Below are positions 19,001-31,200 of a stretch of 64,000 nt of DNA, in pieces. Position 1 is the stretch's first letter, and every line of letters begins with the position of its first letter. The notes beneath the pieces are model-generated. The model was not told the DNA's origin. It worked only from the letters and a program-made list of their open reading frames with translations, and did not search any database. The stretch covers positions 4,684 to 68,683 of the forward strand of contig JBAXSP010000003.1 in the NCBI GenBank assembly GCA_037130655.1. The letters are read 5' to 3'. Origin of the DNA: a bacterium. GTDB lineage: Bacteria > Patescibacteriota > Minisyncoccia > Phycocordibacterales > UBA9973. The position numbers and the translations under genes were made by a program.

Positions 19001-21233
19001 AACACAATGTGTTAAAACAGACAATGTTGGATTACTTTCAGCCGGGTCTTGTGGTGGTGGAGGTACTTGGGGTTCAATTACTGGCACCCTTTCTTCTCAA
19101 ACTGATTTACAAAGTGCTCTTGATGCAAAGCTTGGTCTTGGTGGTTCAGTGTACACAACAACATCAGGTACAGGACTCGCGCTTTCAACTTCTAGTCTCA
19201 CAACAGGTACATTAGTAGATTTACAAATTACTGGTACCACTGTCGCAGGAGCAGGACAAATTGGATTGAATCTTTCTAGTGCTGGAAGTAATAATGGTAG
19301 TGGAATCACAACATACGGTGCAAAGTTTTCTAATACACATACAGGTACTACTTCTACTAATGTTGGTTTGTATACCACCGCATCTGGTGGAACCACTAAT
19401 CTTGCTTTGAATGTGGATGCTGGTCAGGCACTTATTGGCGGTACTGCACTCACTTCTGGAACACTCGCAAAATTAAATATCGTAAGCACAATGTCTTCAA
19501 CAGGGTCTACTACAGCAATTGCTGGAATTCATGGTGAGTACACATTGAGTAATGGTGGTACTGCAGGGTACGTCCAAGTAGGGAATCGTTTTGTTATAAA
19601 TAACACACCAACAACAAATGCGAATACTGCGGTGAACACCATTATCCGTTCGATAGATAACACTTCACTCGCAAATACATTACGAGGTATTGAAATTGTT
19701 TCAAACGCTGGAAGTAATACAGCAGGAACAAATACAGGTCTCCGTTCAACGGGGGCAACATTTGGTGTACAGGCAATCACCAGTGGTCTTGCGGGAGGTG
19801 TATCTTTGCCTGCTGGTTTGTATGCAGAAAATACTGGTACGACACAAGGAGATGTTGCAAGATTTTATACTGGAACAATGACTTCAGCACCATCAATGCT
19901 TAATGTGTATCAAGATACTTCAACCTTTACTGGAGCAGGACTTCTTATGGATATGGCTGCCGGAACAGGGACATTCTCAGGTAACTTCCTTGATTTCAAA
20001 AATGGAAGTGTCCAAAAATTTAAAGTTACTAGTGCTGGAAATACAAGTGTTAATCTTGCTACTTCGACAAACAATTTTGCAGTTTGTCACGAAACAAATG
20101 GCGCTGGCGTGGATCAGCTCAAAGACTGTAGTGGTGCCCCAACTGCCGACTATGCTGAAATGTATCCTGTAGAAACAGGTGCCACATTTGGTGATGTTGT
20201 TGTTACTGGTTCAGAGATGGTAGACACGTATGATACTGTTAACGGTGGAGTCGATTGGACTAAAATAAAAGGTCAGGTCACAAAACTTGTTAAGTCTACA
20301 AAAAGTTACCAAAGCAATGTCATCGGTATCGTATCAGACAACTCAGGAGATTTTACTACCGCTGGTCATAATATAAAAGATGCGGACAATCCAATGGCAA
20401 TTGCACTTAATGGACGTGTCCCAGTAAAGATTTCATCAAACTCAGAAGCTATATATCCAGGTGATTATATTACTACTTCAGATGAAGCCGGCAAGGCGAC
20501 AAAAGCTACTGAAGCAGGAACGGTGATCGGTAAAGCGCTTGAATTTTGGACACCTGGTTCTGGTAAAGCAACTGTAATGGTATACATTGAGCAGGGATAT
20601 TATGATGGTAACGGTACGGTGCAAAAAACATTTAACGGACTTACATTCTTTAATGCAGACGCATCGTTTATGAGTAAGGTAACGTTTGGTGCTCAGGCAG
20701 AGTTTGTTGTGCCACCGCTCTTCAATGCTGATACTGCTGGATTTGCAATTATAAAACAAGGTGCCAAGAAAGTTGAAGTAACCTTTGATACACCATATAT
20801 TGCAACTCCAATTGTAAATACTAGTATTTCATTTGAAGATACAGACAATATAGATGAAGCGAGTGCAACGCAATTCTTTGCAGATGATATTAAGTCAATT
20901 GTTATAAATAAGAGTAAGACTGGTTTTGCTATTATTTTGAATAAAAATGCTCCACGAGATATACGCTTCTCATGGATGGCACTCCAAGTAAAAAATCCAA
21001 AAGTATTTGAAAGTACTATTCCAGGATTAATAATTGAACCCCCAACACTTAATCAAAATTCTAATGCAAACCAAGAACAAGAATCTAATCAAAACTCAAA
21101 TACAGAACAAGAATCTAATCCTAACCAAAACTCAAATACAGATCCAAATCCAGATTTAGATCAAAACCAAAATCAAGAATCTAATTCTAATCAAAACACA
21201 GAACCAGCTCCAGAATCAATTCCCTCAGAATAA
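16083..21233 (+). CDS. giant (1716 aa) surface protein made of phage-tail-fibre-type repeats, with Asn/Gln-rich C-terminal tail
   Basis: signal/TM N-terminus; many copies of ~45-aa unit [23 protein letters not shown](G/N)G(V/T)[10 protein letters not shown] (Phage_fiber_2-like motif, from memory); C-terminal NQNSN.. low complexity. Confidence 0.7.
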   Translation: MKFFLKKLFNFSFTNLNKGFVFFVSFYLLISTLIPSSVFATAGVPTILHHQGRLLDSSGNLLGGSGTNYCFRFSLYDDANVGSGTKLWPSGTPSKMTVNVKNGVLNVDIGDTSAGGDLLDFDFNSTDEVYLNIDVAASVANSCASVTSFETLGPRQRVVSSGYAINSKMVGGFIPSQTPTGSNIPVLNAGALNLAGAVNAGGLTLGTGASVTGILNLKNSTNSNTIAIQSGVPTSSYTLTLPNDDGTPNQFLQTDGNGVLTWTSISGGGDALTANSLGQFATTTSAQLAGIISNETGSGALVFANTPTFITPVLGVATATSINGLTISSSTGTLNIANGSTLATSGANAITFTSTGTTNVTLPTSGTLVSSVSSGNGVSATNTAGALSFSLGAITPTTVNGITFSGSSTPTLAVTGTSSISGTNTGDQTTISGNAGTATALQTARTIGGVSFDGTANITVASATGGFAISGGNLTTTGSGQFGAASGTNGQITLTGSTSGTGIIKVNPTAGAGIVFQLPSANGSNGNVLTTDGNGVTSWTSASTGTVTAVSVVSANGISGSSSGGATPALTLSLGAITPTTVNGITFSGSSTPTLAVTGTSSISGTNTGDQTTISGNAGTATALQTARSIYGNNFDGTANLAQIIASNFGGTGNGFTKFSGPTTSEKTFTLPDASATLLYAGGALGTPSSGVATNLTGTAAGLSIGGNAATVTNATLTTGLTVNTGTVTLVGNAANTSVLTIGAGAVSVSGTNTGDQTTISGNAGTATALQTARTIGGVSFDGTANITVASATGGFAISGGDLTLGSNSLTMTGSLGSTGARLTKGWFTDLQVTNAINGSITGNAGTATALQTARTINGTSFDGTSNITVTADAGTLTGATLNSGVTASSLTSVGTLTGLSVSGTTSINASASTNTTAIGTGTTTGAVTIGGGANTVAINTTSWDISSTGVATGLTGITSSGSITLSGLGGGGTQCVKTDNVGLLSAGSCGGGGTWGSITGTLSSQTDLQSALDAKLGLGGSVYTTTSGTGLALSTSSLTTGTLVDLQITGTTVAGAGQIGLNLSSAGSNNGSGITTYGAKFSNTHTGTTSTNVGLYTTASGGTTNLALNVDAGQALIGGTALTSGTLAKLNIVSTMSSTGSTTAIAGIHGEYTLSNGGTAGYVQVGNRFVINNTPTTNANTAVNTIIRSIDNTSLANTLRGIEIVSNAGSNTAGTNTGLRSTGATFGVQAITSGLAGGVSLPAGLYAENTGTTQGDVARFYTGTMTSAPSMLNVYQDTSTFTGAGLLMDMAAGTGTFSGNFLDFKNGSVQKFKVTSAGNTSVNLATSTNNFAVCHETNGAGVDQLKDCSGAPTADYAEMYPVETGATFGDVVVTGSEMVDTYDTVNGGVDWTKIKGQVTKLVKSTKSYQSNVIGIVSDNSGDFTTAGHNIKDADNPMAIALNGRVPVKISSNSEAIYPGDYITTSDEAGKATKATEAGTVIGKALEFWTPGSGKATVMVYIEQGYYDGNGTVQKTFNGLTFFNADASFMSKVTFGAQAEFVVPPLFNADTAGFAIIKQGAKKVEVTFDTPYIATPIVNTSISFEDTDNIDEASATQFFADDIKSIVINKSKTGFAIILNKNAPRDIRFSWMALQVKNPKVFESTIPGLIIEPPTLNQNSNANQEQESNQNSNTEQESNPNQNSNTDPNPDLDQNQNQESNSNQNTEPAPESIPSE
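17251..18483 (+). repeat. intragenic near-perfect DNA duplications (17251-17410 ~ 17801-17960; 17347-17497 = 18333-18483; 57-nt core GGAACAAACACTGGTGACCAAACAACAATCTCTGGAAATGCCGGTACTGCAACTGCA three times)
   Basis: read directly. Confidence 0.75.
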
Positions 21234-21265
21234 AAAACCTCTCAAAATTTTGAGAGGTTTTTTAT
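21234..21265. terminator. bidirectional terminator between convergent giant gene and Bro-N/Hsp20 gene
   Basis: perfect palindrome AAAACCTCTCAAAATTTTGAGAGGTTTT flanked by A/T tracts. Confidence 0.8.
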
Positions 21266-21279
21266 TTTAAATAAATTAT

Positions 21280-22077
21280 TTATATTGATTTTATTTTTAT
21301 AAATCTTTTTTTGTTGATATCGATTTTTTGTAGGGTGATAGTGATGAGTCCTTGAAATTCAGTAGCTGTCATATTATCTACATCAACAAGTGTTGGTAAT
21401 TCTATCCTTCTTGAAAAGGTACCCCATTGTAATTCTTTCAAAATATAATCAGGTTCATATATTTTTTTAGTGTTTACATAAGTGTTAAAATTTTCTGCAA
21501 CTCGTACACCTGCAATAGTCAATGTTTGCATACTTATGCTTAAAATTAATTTACTTGGATCACAACCAGGGAGCATAAACTGAACAACAATTTCATTTTT
21601 ATTTTCGTAAATATCAGCAGGTGCTTCTAGTGTTGTGGATAACTCATTTTCTTTAAAAGTAGATAAGTCATCAAACGGTGAATTCGTGTCAACTTCTTCC
21701 GATCTGAAATTTGTGTTTTTTACAGAATTTTGGACGTCAACGTGTTCGAACCATGTCTTGAAAGCAGGGATGCTTGTCGGGTCTATAATCTTTATAATTT
21801 TGATCAAAGTGTCGGCATCTGCTACATCAGCCAGATAACTTTTACCGTCAGATGATTGGAGTTTCAGTTGGTTACATTCACTAACCAACTGGTTCTGTGT
21901 ATTTTTTAAACGATTTTTTAATGTCTTCCAATAATTACGAGCGTCGACACTTTCAGTAAGTACTCCGATTATATCAGTAATAGAAAAATACCAGCGTGCT
22001 CTTTGGTTATCCCATACACGACGAATTTGCTTATCTTCCGCATCAGAAATACTAATTTTTTGTTTGATTTTCGACAT
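21280..22077 (-). CDS. Bro-N (DinD/antirepressor-like) domain fused to C-terminal Hsp20/alpha-crystallin domain
   Basis: N-terminus RRVWDNQRARWYFSITDIIGVLT...NYWKTLKNRL...SIPAFKTWFEHV (Bro-N pattern); C-terminus ADIYENKNEIVVQFMLPGCDPSKLILSI...LTIAGVR...WGTFSRRIELPTLVDVDNMTATEFQGLITITLQK (sHSP ACD pattern). Confidence 0.6.
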   Translation of the reverse strand: MSKIKQKISISDAEDKQIRRVWDNQRARWYFSITDIIGVLTESVDARNYWKTLKNRLKNTQNQLVSECNQLKLQSSDGKSYLADVADADTLIKIIKIIDPTSIPAFKTWFEHVDVQNSVKNTNFRSEEVDTNSPFDDLSTFKENELSTTLEAPADIYENKNEIVVQFMLPGCDPSKLILSISMQTLTIAGVRVAENFNTYVNTKKIYEPDYILKELQWGTFSRRIELPTLVDVDNMTATEFQGLITITLQKIDINKKRFIKIKSI

Positions 22078-22213
22078 ACGTTGATACGTATAGTATATAA
22101 CATTCTAGACAAAATATTGTATTTTGATGTAGAAAAAATAATTAAAAAATAAGTGTTAAATTTATTAAAATTATTATTTACTGATATTTTTTACTACGTT
22201 ATACTATATATAC

Positions 22214-25200
22214 ATGAACAAATCAGTAACAAAAATAATAAAATTTTCTACAATTTTTTTTGTAGTTAGTTTTTTATTTTTTGGAACTACTCATAGAGCT
22301 GAAGCCGCTACTCGAACTTGGACAGGTACAACAAGTGGTGCTTGGTCTGTTGCAAGTAACTGGGGAGGGACAGCACCGGTGACTGGTGACGATCTCGTTT
22401 TTCCAAGTGGTGCATCAAACTTATCTAACACAAATGATCTAACTGAAAATACAATTTTCAACTCAATCACTTTTTCTGGTAGTGGTTATACATTGTCGGG
22501 TAATCCAATTATTCTTGGGGCGGGACTTGCAGGTATTACAGATAGTGCTGCTTCAGGTGGAAACACAATTGCACTTGATGTGCGTCTCGACGTTACTCGA
22601 GATATTATTGTTACGAACACAGCAGAGAGCTTAACTATTAGTGGTCGCATCGCTGGTGTTGGTGGTATCAACAAAGAAGGGACTGGTAAATTAATTTTAT
22701 CTGGTGCCAATACTTTTGGTGGAACTTTAAAGATTAACGTTGGGGTTGTTAATGCTCGTAATGACAGAGCGCTGGGAACAATTGCGGCTGGTACTGAAGT
22801 TGTTGGTGGTGCAGCACTTGAATTGCAAGGAACAATAAACATTGGTTATGAAGCGTTGACATTGCGTGGGTATGGAGTTTCAAATACTGGTGCTTTGAGA
22901 AATATAAGCAACAATAATACTTTTGCAGGATTGATAACACTTGTTTCGGCTGGTGGCACTGAAATAACATCTGACTCAGGGACATTAACCATAACCGGTG
23001 GTATGACCGGTGCATTTCCTTTAGTGATAGACGGCGCAGGTAATGTTACTTTTTCAACGACACCTATTGCTACATCTACTGGTACTGTTACAAAAAATGG
23101 CGTAGGAACATTGACTTATAATTTTCCAAACACTTATACAGGACTTACAACAATCAATACTGGGACTCTTGCGTATGGAGTAGACAATGCAATATTGTCA
23201 GGTGCTATTACTGTTACTGGTGGTACGCTTGATATCGGGACATATTCTGATATGGTGGGTACGGTAACTCTAGGTACTCTTGATTTAGCAACTGGTACCA
23301 TAACAGGAACTTCTGGAGTTCTTAGTAGTGCTACCTATACAGTCTATAACGGTACTATTAGTGCAATTATTGCAGGTGATGTTCCTGGGGGAACAACTCA
23401 GTTAACTAAATCAACTGTTGGGACAGTGACATTGACTCGTCCTAATCAATACACTGGTGCCGTGCTAATTTCTCTGGGCATTTTGAAAATTCAAAATAGT
23501 ACATCTTTGGGTACTATCGATGGTGCTACCACTGTTACTGCTGGTGCAACACTTCAAGTTGATGGAAGTAGTTTGTCAGTTCCAGAGTACATTACATTTT
23601 CTGGCACAGGACATTTGTATACTGGCGCTATTAGAAATTCAACTGGCAACAACACATTGACCGGCTTACTTACTCTTGGTGCTGCGGCGATGATCAAGTC
23701 TGATGTAAGTACAACCTTGACTGTCGACACAAAAGGACTCTCAGTAACAACATTAGGATTAAGCATTGCTGGTGATGGCAATACTACTTTTACTTCCTCT
23801 GCACCTATTTATGGAACTACAGCGACTTTAACCAAAGATGGAGCTGGTACAGTAACGATACAATCTTTCAGTAACTTTACCGGTACTACTACTATTAATG
23901 GCGGAGTGTTAAATTTGAATGGTTCTGGCGCAATACCGCTTTCAACCACTATTGCCATAAATGCTGGAGCAACTTTAACACTTGATAATAGTACAACGAG
24001 AGTGCTTGATCGCATTGCTGATACTGCAGCAATAACAATGAACGGTGGTAATTTTAATTTTACAGGTTCAAACACTGCTTCAACAGATGTACTTGAAACA
24101 GCAGGAGTTTTGACAGCAGGTATTGCAACACAATCAGGTGATAATAAGATTACTATTACACCAGGGAGTGGAGGATCATCAATCATGCGTTTTGCTTCAC
24201 TTACTCGTACTGCAGGTTCCTCTCTTTTGTTTAGAGGTACTTCATTTGGTTCAACTCCAGGTGCAAATATATCAACACTACTATTTAGTACAGCACCGAC
24301 ATTACTAGGGGATGATGGTGCCCCAAACACCCCAACGTTGAGTATTATTCCAGGTGCTTTTGGAGACAGTTCTTTGACTGGAACGGGGACCGATATGGTT
24401 ACCTATGGTCAAGGTAATAACAACGGATTGCGCTTACTCAATGGTGCTGGATTTAGTGGAGAATATACTACTGATCTCACAATCACTAATGCGAATATAA
24501 AATTAACCGCAAGTACTGTAGCATCTACGTCTCAAATTAATTCATTGATCCTGAGTTCAAGTGCGACCATTACAGATGCAGGAAGTGCTCAAAACATAAC
24601 GTTAACATCTGGTACTATCTTAAATCTAGTTAGTAATGCTACTTTAGCTGGGGCAAATACTACACTAACAATGGCAAGTAATGTGGAAGGAATCATTCGT
24701 ACTGTTAGTGACGTTAGTTTATCTGCAATACTGGCTACAACTGGAGGTGTGACAAAAAGCGGGACAGGTACATTAACTATTGCTACTGCACAAACGTATA
24801 CAGGTCTTACTTCAATTAATGAAGGTACTTTGTTGTACGGGTTAAATGATTCCATTTCTTCAGGTAATGTTACGGTTAATGGTGGTACTTTTAATATTGC
24901 TAGTTTTACTGATACAGTTGGTGCAGTAATTTTACAAAAGGGAACTATTACTGGTACTTCTGGAGTGCTCACTGGAACTTCATATAGTTTTCGAGAGGGA
25001 ACTGTTAGTGCTATTATTGCGGGTGCTGTTGCTGTTACTCGTGTTGCTACAAATACTTCGTCAGATAGTGTCGTTATATTAAGTAAAAATAATACTTATT
25101 CCGGAGCTACTACTATAACGAGTGGTATTTTGAAACTTGGCGCAGCTGGTGATGGTATAAATACACCTCTTGGTACAACTGCCGGTGGAACAACAATTGC

Positions 25201-28200
25201 AAACATTGGAGCTCTTGATTTGAATGGTTATACACTCTCAACTGCCGAGGCAATAACTTCTATGAACGGATTAGGTTTTGGTCCTGGGGCTACTGTTGCT
25301 AATGGAAATAGTAATATGGGCGCACTTATGAATAGCTCAAATACTGCAGTGAGTTATAGTGGAGCGATTACACTTGCTGCTGCATCACGTATAAATGCTG
25401 ACTACGGAGCCCTGACAATTAGTAGTGCTATCTCTGGAGCGTTTACTTTAACTATAGGAGGATTTAGTAATACTGAACTTTCTGGAGTTATTGGCTCAGG
25501 TGCTGTTGCTATAACTAAAGATGGAATCGGGGATCTTCTTCTTTCTAATGGTAACTCATCATATACAGGTGTAACTACTGTCAGTGTCGGTACGCTTAAA
25601 ATTGGTGCCGTATCGGTTGGTGGTACAAACTCTCCACTAGGTACAGCAGGAGGTGCAACATCAATTACTGCTGGTGCTCGTCTTGATTTAAATGGATTTT
25701 CACTTGGAATAGCAGAACCTATAACAAACTTAAATGGTGTTGGGTATGGACTTGGAGATTTTGCAAGTGGTGCGATTATCAATAGCTCTGCTTCTGCGGT
25801 AACATTTACGGGGTTAATTACTCTCGGATCTGCTTCTACTATTAAAGCAAATTCTGGTGACATCAATTTAACTGCCGCGGGTACTATCACAGGATCTGGG
25901 TTTGGGTTAACTCTTGGAGGAACAGGAGTAGGAACTATTTCAAGTATTGTTGGTACCGGTGCTGGTACTGTTACAAAAATAGATACAGGAACGTGGACAC
26001 TCTCTGGTGTGAGTACTTATACCGGTGCTACAGCAATTAACCTCGGAACATTTAAGTTTGGTGTGAGTGATACTGCTGGAGGTGGACCACTCGGAACAGT
26101 TGCTGGTGCAACTACTGTATACAGTGGAGCTGTCTTGGATCTAAACGGTTTTCTCTCTAGTACTTTAGCTGAGCCACTAACTATAAACGGACGAGGAATT
26201 AGTGATGGAGGCGCGCTTATTGGAAGCAATGGAACATACACCGGTACTATAGCTTTAGCTACTGATTCTCGTATTACAAATGCTTCTGGAACAATGACGG
26301 TAACAGGAGCTGTTAGTGGTGCGTTTTTCCTTTATGTTAGTGGAGCAGGTAATGTTACTTTTAGTACGGCTATTCCTACCTCAGGTCTTTCCCTGACAAA
26401 ACAAGGAGCTGGTACATTTACCGTAACAGGTACTAATTTATATACGGGAGAAACTCGTATTGACGCAGGTACATTTGCGTATGCGGCAGGAGGGACGGCA
26501 GTTCTTGCGGGTACAAACTTAATGATGAAGGGAGGTACTTTTAACAATGCTACAAGTGTGGATACTATTGGTACGGTTACACTTGTTGGTGGAACTATTA
26601 CCAATACAGCAACAGCTTTAACAGGAACCGCTTATACACTTGAGAACGGAACAATTAGTGGAGTTATAGCTGGAGCAGTTGCTGTTACAAAAAACACAAA
26701 CAACACTGTTACTTTGTCTGGTGTGAACACTATTAGTAGTACGATAACAATTAATGCGGGAACACTTACTATTAGTGGTAGTGGTAGTGCTACATCGGTG
26801 ACTGGCGTTACTATTAACTTGGGCGGGACATTGACACTAGATAATGGTACAACTGCTGTTGCAGATAGATTAAATGGTTCTGGAGGAACAAACGCGATTG
26901 TTATTACAATGAACGGCGGAAATTTAAATTTTATCGGTAATACTTCTGGTACTTCTGCAGAAACAATGGGTCAGTTGCTATTGTCTTCAGGTCACAATAT
27001 TGTGACGGTAACTCCAGGTGCTGGTGGATCAACAACACTTACTTTTGCATCTAATCCTGGATTAAGTAGGACTGCTGGAGCAACAGTTCTCTTTCGTGGG
27101 ACAAGTTTCGGTGCTACTCCTGCAGCGAACGTTTCAACTTTGATGTTTTCTAATGCACCGACTCTCACTGGCGCAGGAGGAGCCGCAAGTTCTACAACGA
27201 TTAGTGTTATTAAGGGTGCGTATGGTGATAGTTCTCTCTCTGGAACAGGTAGTGATATGGTTACTTATAACGTAGGTAATACTAACGGCTTGCGTTTGCT
27301 TAATGGTGCTGGATTTTCTGGAGAATATGCAGGTGATTTAGCTACTGCAAATGCAAACGTAAAACTAACTGCAGATAGAGTAGCGGTAGCCACAAACACA
27401 AACTCACTTATTTTAAATGGTTTCAATATTACTAACCCAGGAGGCGCCATTACTATACCTATGTCATCTGCATCACTTGCAGGAAATATTTTAATAAACT
27501 CAGCCACAAATATCGCTGGTGCAAACACTACTCTTGGTATTACTACTTTTGAACTTAATATATTAGCTACAAACACTTCAACTATTTCTGCGATTATCGG
27601 TACAGCCACAACGGGATCAGTTACACTAAGTGGAACAGGAAATGTCACACTTAGTGCTGCAAATCTTTATACGGGTACTACATTTATAAATGGTGCAACA
27701 CTTACGGCTGGTGCAAGTAATGTTATCTCAAGTGGAGGTGTGACTATCGTGGGTGGCACATACAATCTTGCGGGTAACTCTGATACTGTCGGAGCGCTTT
27801 CTATTAACGCAGGGACTATCACAACTGGAGCGGGGACTCTGACAGGGAACGGTACATTTAGTACGGTTGCTAATAACAACGTCACTTCAATAATTACAGG
27901 GAACTTGGGTCTTGGGGCGAACGCGACATTTACCATTAATGATGGACTTATGGATAATGATGCACTGATAACAGCTGTCATTAGTGGTGCATTTACTTTT
28001 GCAAAAGCAGGTTCCGGTGTATTGGAACTTTCTGGTAGTAATACTTATTCTGGGGCACTGACTATTAGTGGAGGAACAATTCGTCTTGGTGCCACTGGTG
28101 ATGCAACTAACACACCGCTCGGTACAACAGCTGCCGGTACAACAGTATCAAGTGGGTTCTCTCTTGATTTAAACGGATATACTTTAGGTACATCAGAAGC

Positions 28201-31200
28201 ACTTACTATAAGTGGTACAGGTATTGGGGCTTTTGGAGCTCTTTTGAATACGTCTTCAACTGCGGTGACATATAGTGGACTTATTACTCTCGGAGCATCA
28301 GCTACTATAACTTCTGGTTATGGTGATATTACTTTATCAAACACAGGAAGTATGACTGGTACTGGATTTGCTTTGACTTTGAACGGTGCTGGTAACGGAT
28401 CACTCGCAACCCAAGTGAATACTTCAACTGCTGGGTCACTTGTGAAGAATGGTTCAGGTGTATGGACTATTTCAGGTGATGGTAACTATACCGGAGTAAC
28501 TACTGTTACTGCGGGTACGTTAAAACTTGGAGCAGCTGGTGGCTCAACAAACAATCCACTTGGTACAACAGGTGGAGCAACAACTGTTGCCAGTGGTGGA
28601 ATATTAGATTTGAACGGCTTTACTCCTGGGACATCTGAACCTTTGACAATAAACGGAACTGGACTTACATCAAACGCAACCGTCGGTGCACTTATAACTA
28701 GCTCTGGTAGCTCAACATCATTTAATGGTCCGCTTACTCTTGGTGCGAATGCTCGTATTGCAAACTATGGTAGTGGAGTATTTACTTTGACTGGTGCAAT
28801 TTCTGGAAACTTTGCTTTGACAACAGTAACTGTTGGTGGAATTACGCAGTCTTCTGCCAGTGTTTGGTCAGGTACTGGAACATTAATAAAAGAAGGTTCA
28901 GGTACACTGATACTAGCAGGTCAAAATACGATGAGCGGTGCCATGACAGTAAGTACTGGTGTGTTGCAACTTGGAGCAAGTGGGGGAGCTACAAATACAC
29001 CACTTGGTACAAATGCTGGAGGTGTAACTGTGTCTTCGGGTGCAGTGCTCGATCTATCTACATTTAACCTTGGCGGAGCATCAACATATGAGACATTGAA
29101 CCTAAGTGGTACAGGTATAAACAATGGTGGAGCACTCACTAGTTCGGCATCATCAGGTACCACTAACTTTGGAGCCATGACTGTTACAGCAAACTCTAGA
29201 GTGGTGAATTCTGGTGCGGGTACTATTGCTTTTACTGGTACAGTAACCATTGCAAACACTATTAACCTTGGTATTGGTGGAAGTGGACCAACAACAATTT
29301 CAGGAGCATACGGCGCAAGTGCAACTACTGCAACACTGACCAAATGGGATGCTGGGACTTTGATTTTGAGTGGTATTAATCCTGTCACAGGATTGTATCG
29401 TGTGAATGGTGGTACTTTAAAAATTAGTGATGCCAATAGTTTAGCAGTAGCACCAGTGACTGTTGCCGGGGGGACTTTTGATTTCAATGGAGTAACGGAC
29501 ACAATTGGTATTGTTAGTTTAATCAGTGGTACCGTGACAGATTCTAATGGAACTCCTGGTATTCTAAGTATTGCTACAAACTCAATTTTTGAAAGTGGTA
29601 CTGTCAGTGGTGTGCTCTCTGGTACCACACTTGCAATTGCAAAAAACACAGGAGGTACCGTTACATTTAATAAATCGAATACTTATACAGGAACAACAAC
29701 AATCAATGCTGGAACAATTCAATATTTAGCTAGTAATATTATGGCTGATACCAGTAACATTACTGTGACCGGTGGTATTTTGGATATTGGTACTAATTCT
29801 GATACTGTCGCAACTGTTACTCTTACTAGTGGAGCTATAACTGGAAGTAGTGGAATCTTAACTGGAAGTTCTTATGCTGTAACAAGTGGAACTATTAGTG
29901 CAATTTTAGCTGGTGCAGTGAACTTGACCAAAACCACAGCCGGAACCGTAACGCTTTCAGGTGTTAATACGTATACTGGAATAACAACAATAAGTGGTGG
30001 AACTTTAAGCGTTGCTACTATTGGGAATGGTGGTGCTGGTGGTAGTAATCTTGGGAATGCTTCAAACGCTGCAGCTAATATAGTATTTAATACTGGTACA
30101 GGAACACTGCAATATACTGGTGCAACAGCATCAACTGATCGTGCGTTCACGACGACCGCAGCTATCACTATGCAGTTTGATATTACTAATCCTAACACTG
30201 TACTTACTTGGGGTGGTGTTGGTACAACAACCACAGCACCATTAACTAAAATTGGACAAGGTACATTAAAATTTTCTGTAGCACAAGGGTATACTGGATT
30301 AACTACAGTACTCGCAGGAACCTTGCAATATGGTGCTTCTGATACATTATCTACGGGTGCAGTAACGGTAATTAATGGTACGTTTGATATAAATAATTTC
30401 TCTGATAGCGTTGGTATTATTACACTGCAAAATGATGGTCAGATAATAGATTCTGGTGGAACAACAGCAGTATTAACAACCACAGGAACAATGGCCGCAC
30501 AAAGCGGTACAGTAAGTGCTGTTATTGGTGGATCAACTGCTACCGGTATTACCAAGAGTACTAGCGGTAGAGTAATTCTTTCAGGAAATAATACTTTTAC
30601 CAGTACTGCGATTGCCCTAAGTGCTGGATATTTGAATCTCCGTCATAATAATGCATTGGGTGCGTCTGGTACTACACTTGCTACAACTATTACATCTGGT
30701 GCTGTTCTTGAGCTACAAAACACTATTACCTTACCAAGCACGAAGACAATCACCGCTAACGGTACTGGGGTAAATAATAGTGGTGCTGTTCGAAATATAC
30801 TTAATTCTAATGCAATTGGCGCTACGGTGACACTTGGTTCAAGTAATACACGTATTAATTCTGATAGTGGAACACTGACCGTCGCTGCAGTGTCAGGTAC
30901 CGCAACCAACCTACTTGTCGGTGGTGCTGGAGATATTGCTATCACTGGCGCGATTGCTACAACCAGTGGAACGCTTGCCAAAGATGGTGTTGGTACGTTG
31001 ACCTTAACTGGAACCAATACATATACCGGCACCACCACATTAACAGCAGGTACTACTATTGCTAATGCTACAGCTGCTCTTGGTACTGGGGCTTCTTCGA
31101 ATACACTTATTTTTAATGGGGGAACACTGAAAGCTTCAGGAACAATTACTTCTCCCTCTGCCCGTGCTGTTACACTTACTGCAACAGCTATAATTGATAC

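Noticed and set aside
16916-19396. Long minus-strand ORFs (329, 322 and 99 aa, Pro/Val/Ala-rich) inside the 16083-21233 gene
   Set aside because: They are antisense to Thr/Gly/Ala/Ser-rich repeat codons and have no start context, homology or terminators. They are shadow ORFs of the giant plus-strand gene.
16083-22077. Prophage remnant (tail-fibre repeats plus Bro-N protein)
   Set aside because: No integrase, terminase, capsid, portal or att-like repeats. The tail-fibre-type repeat is embedded in a signal-peptide-bearing 1716-aa host-style adhesin. Bro-N domains also occur in cellular proteins.
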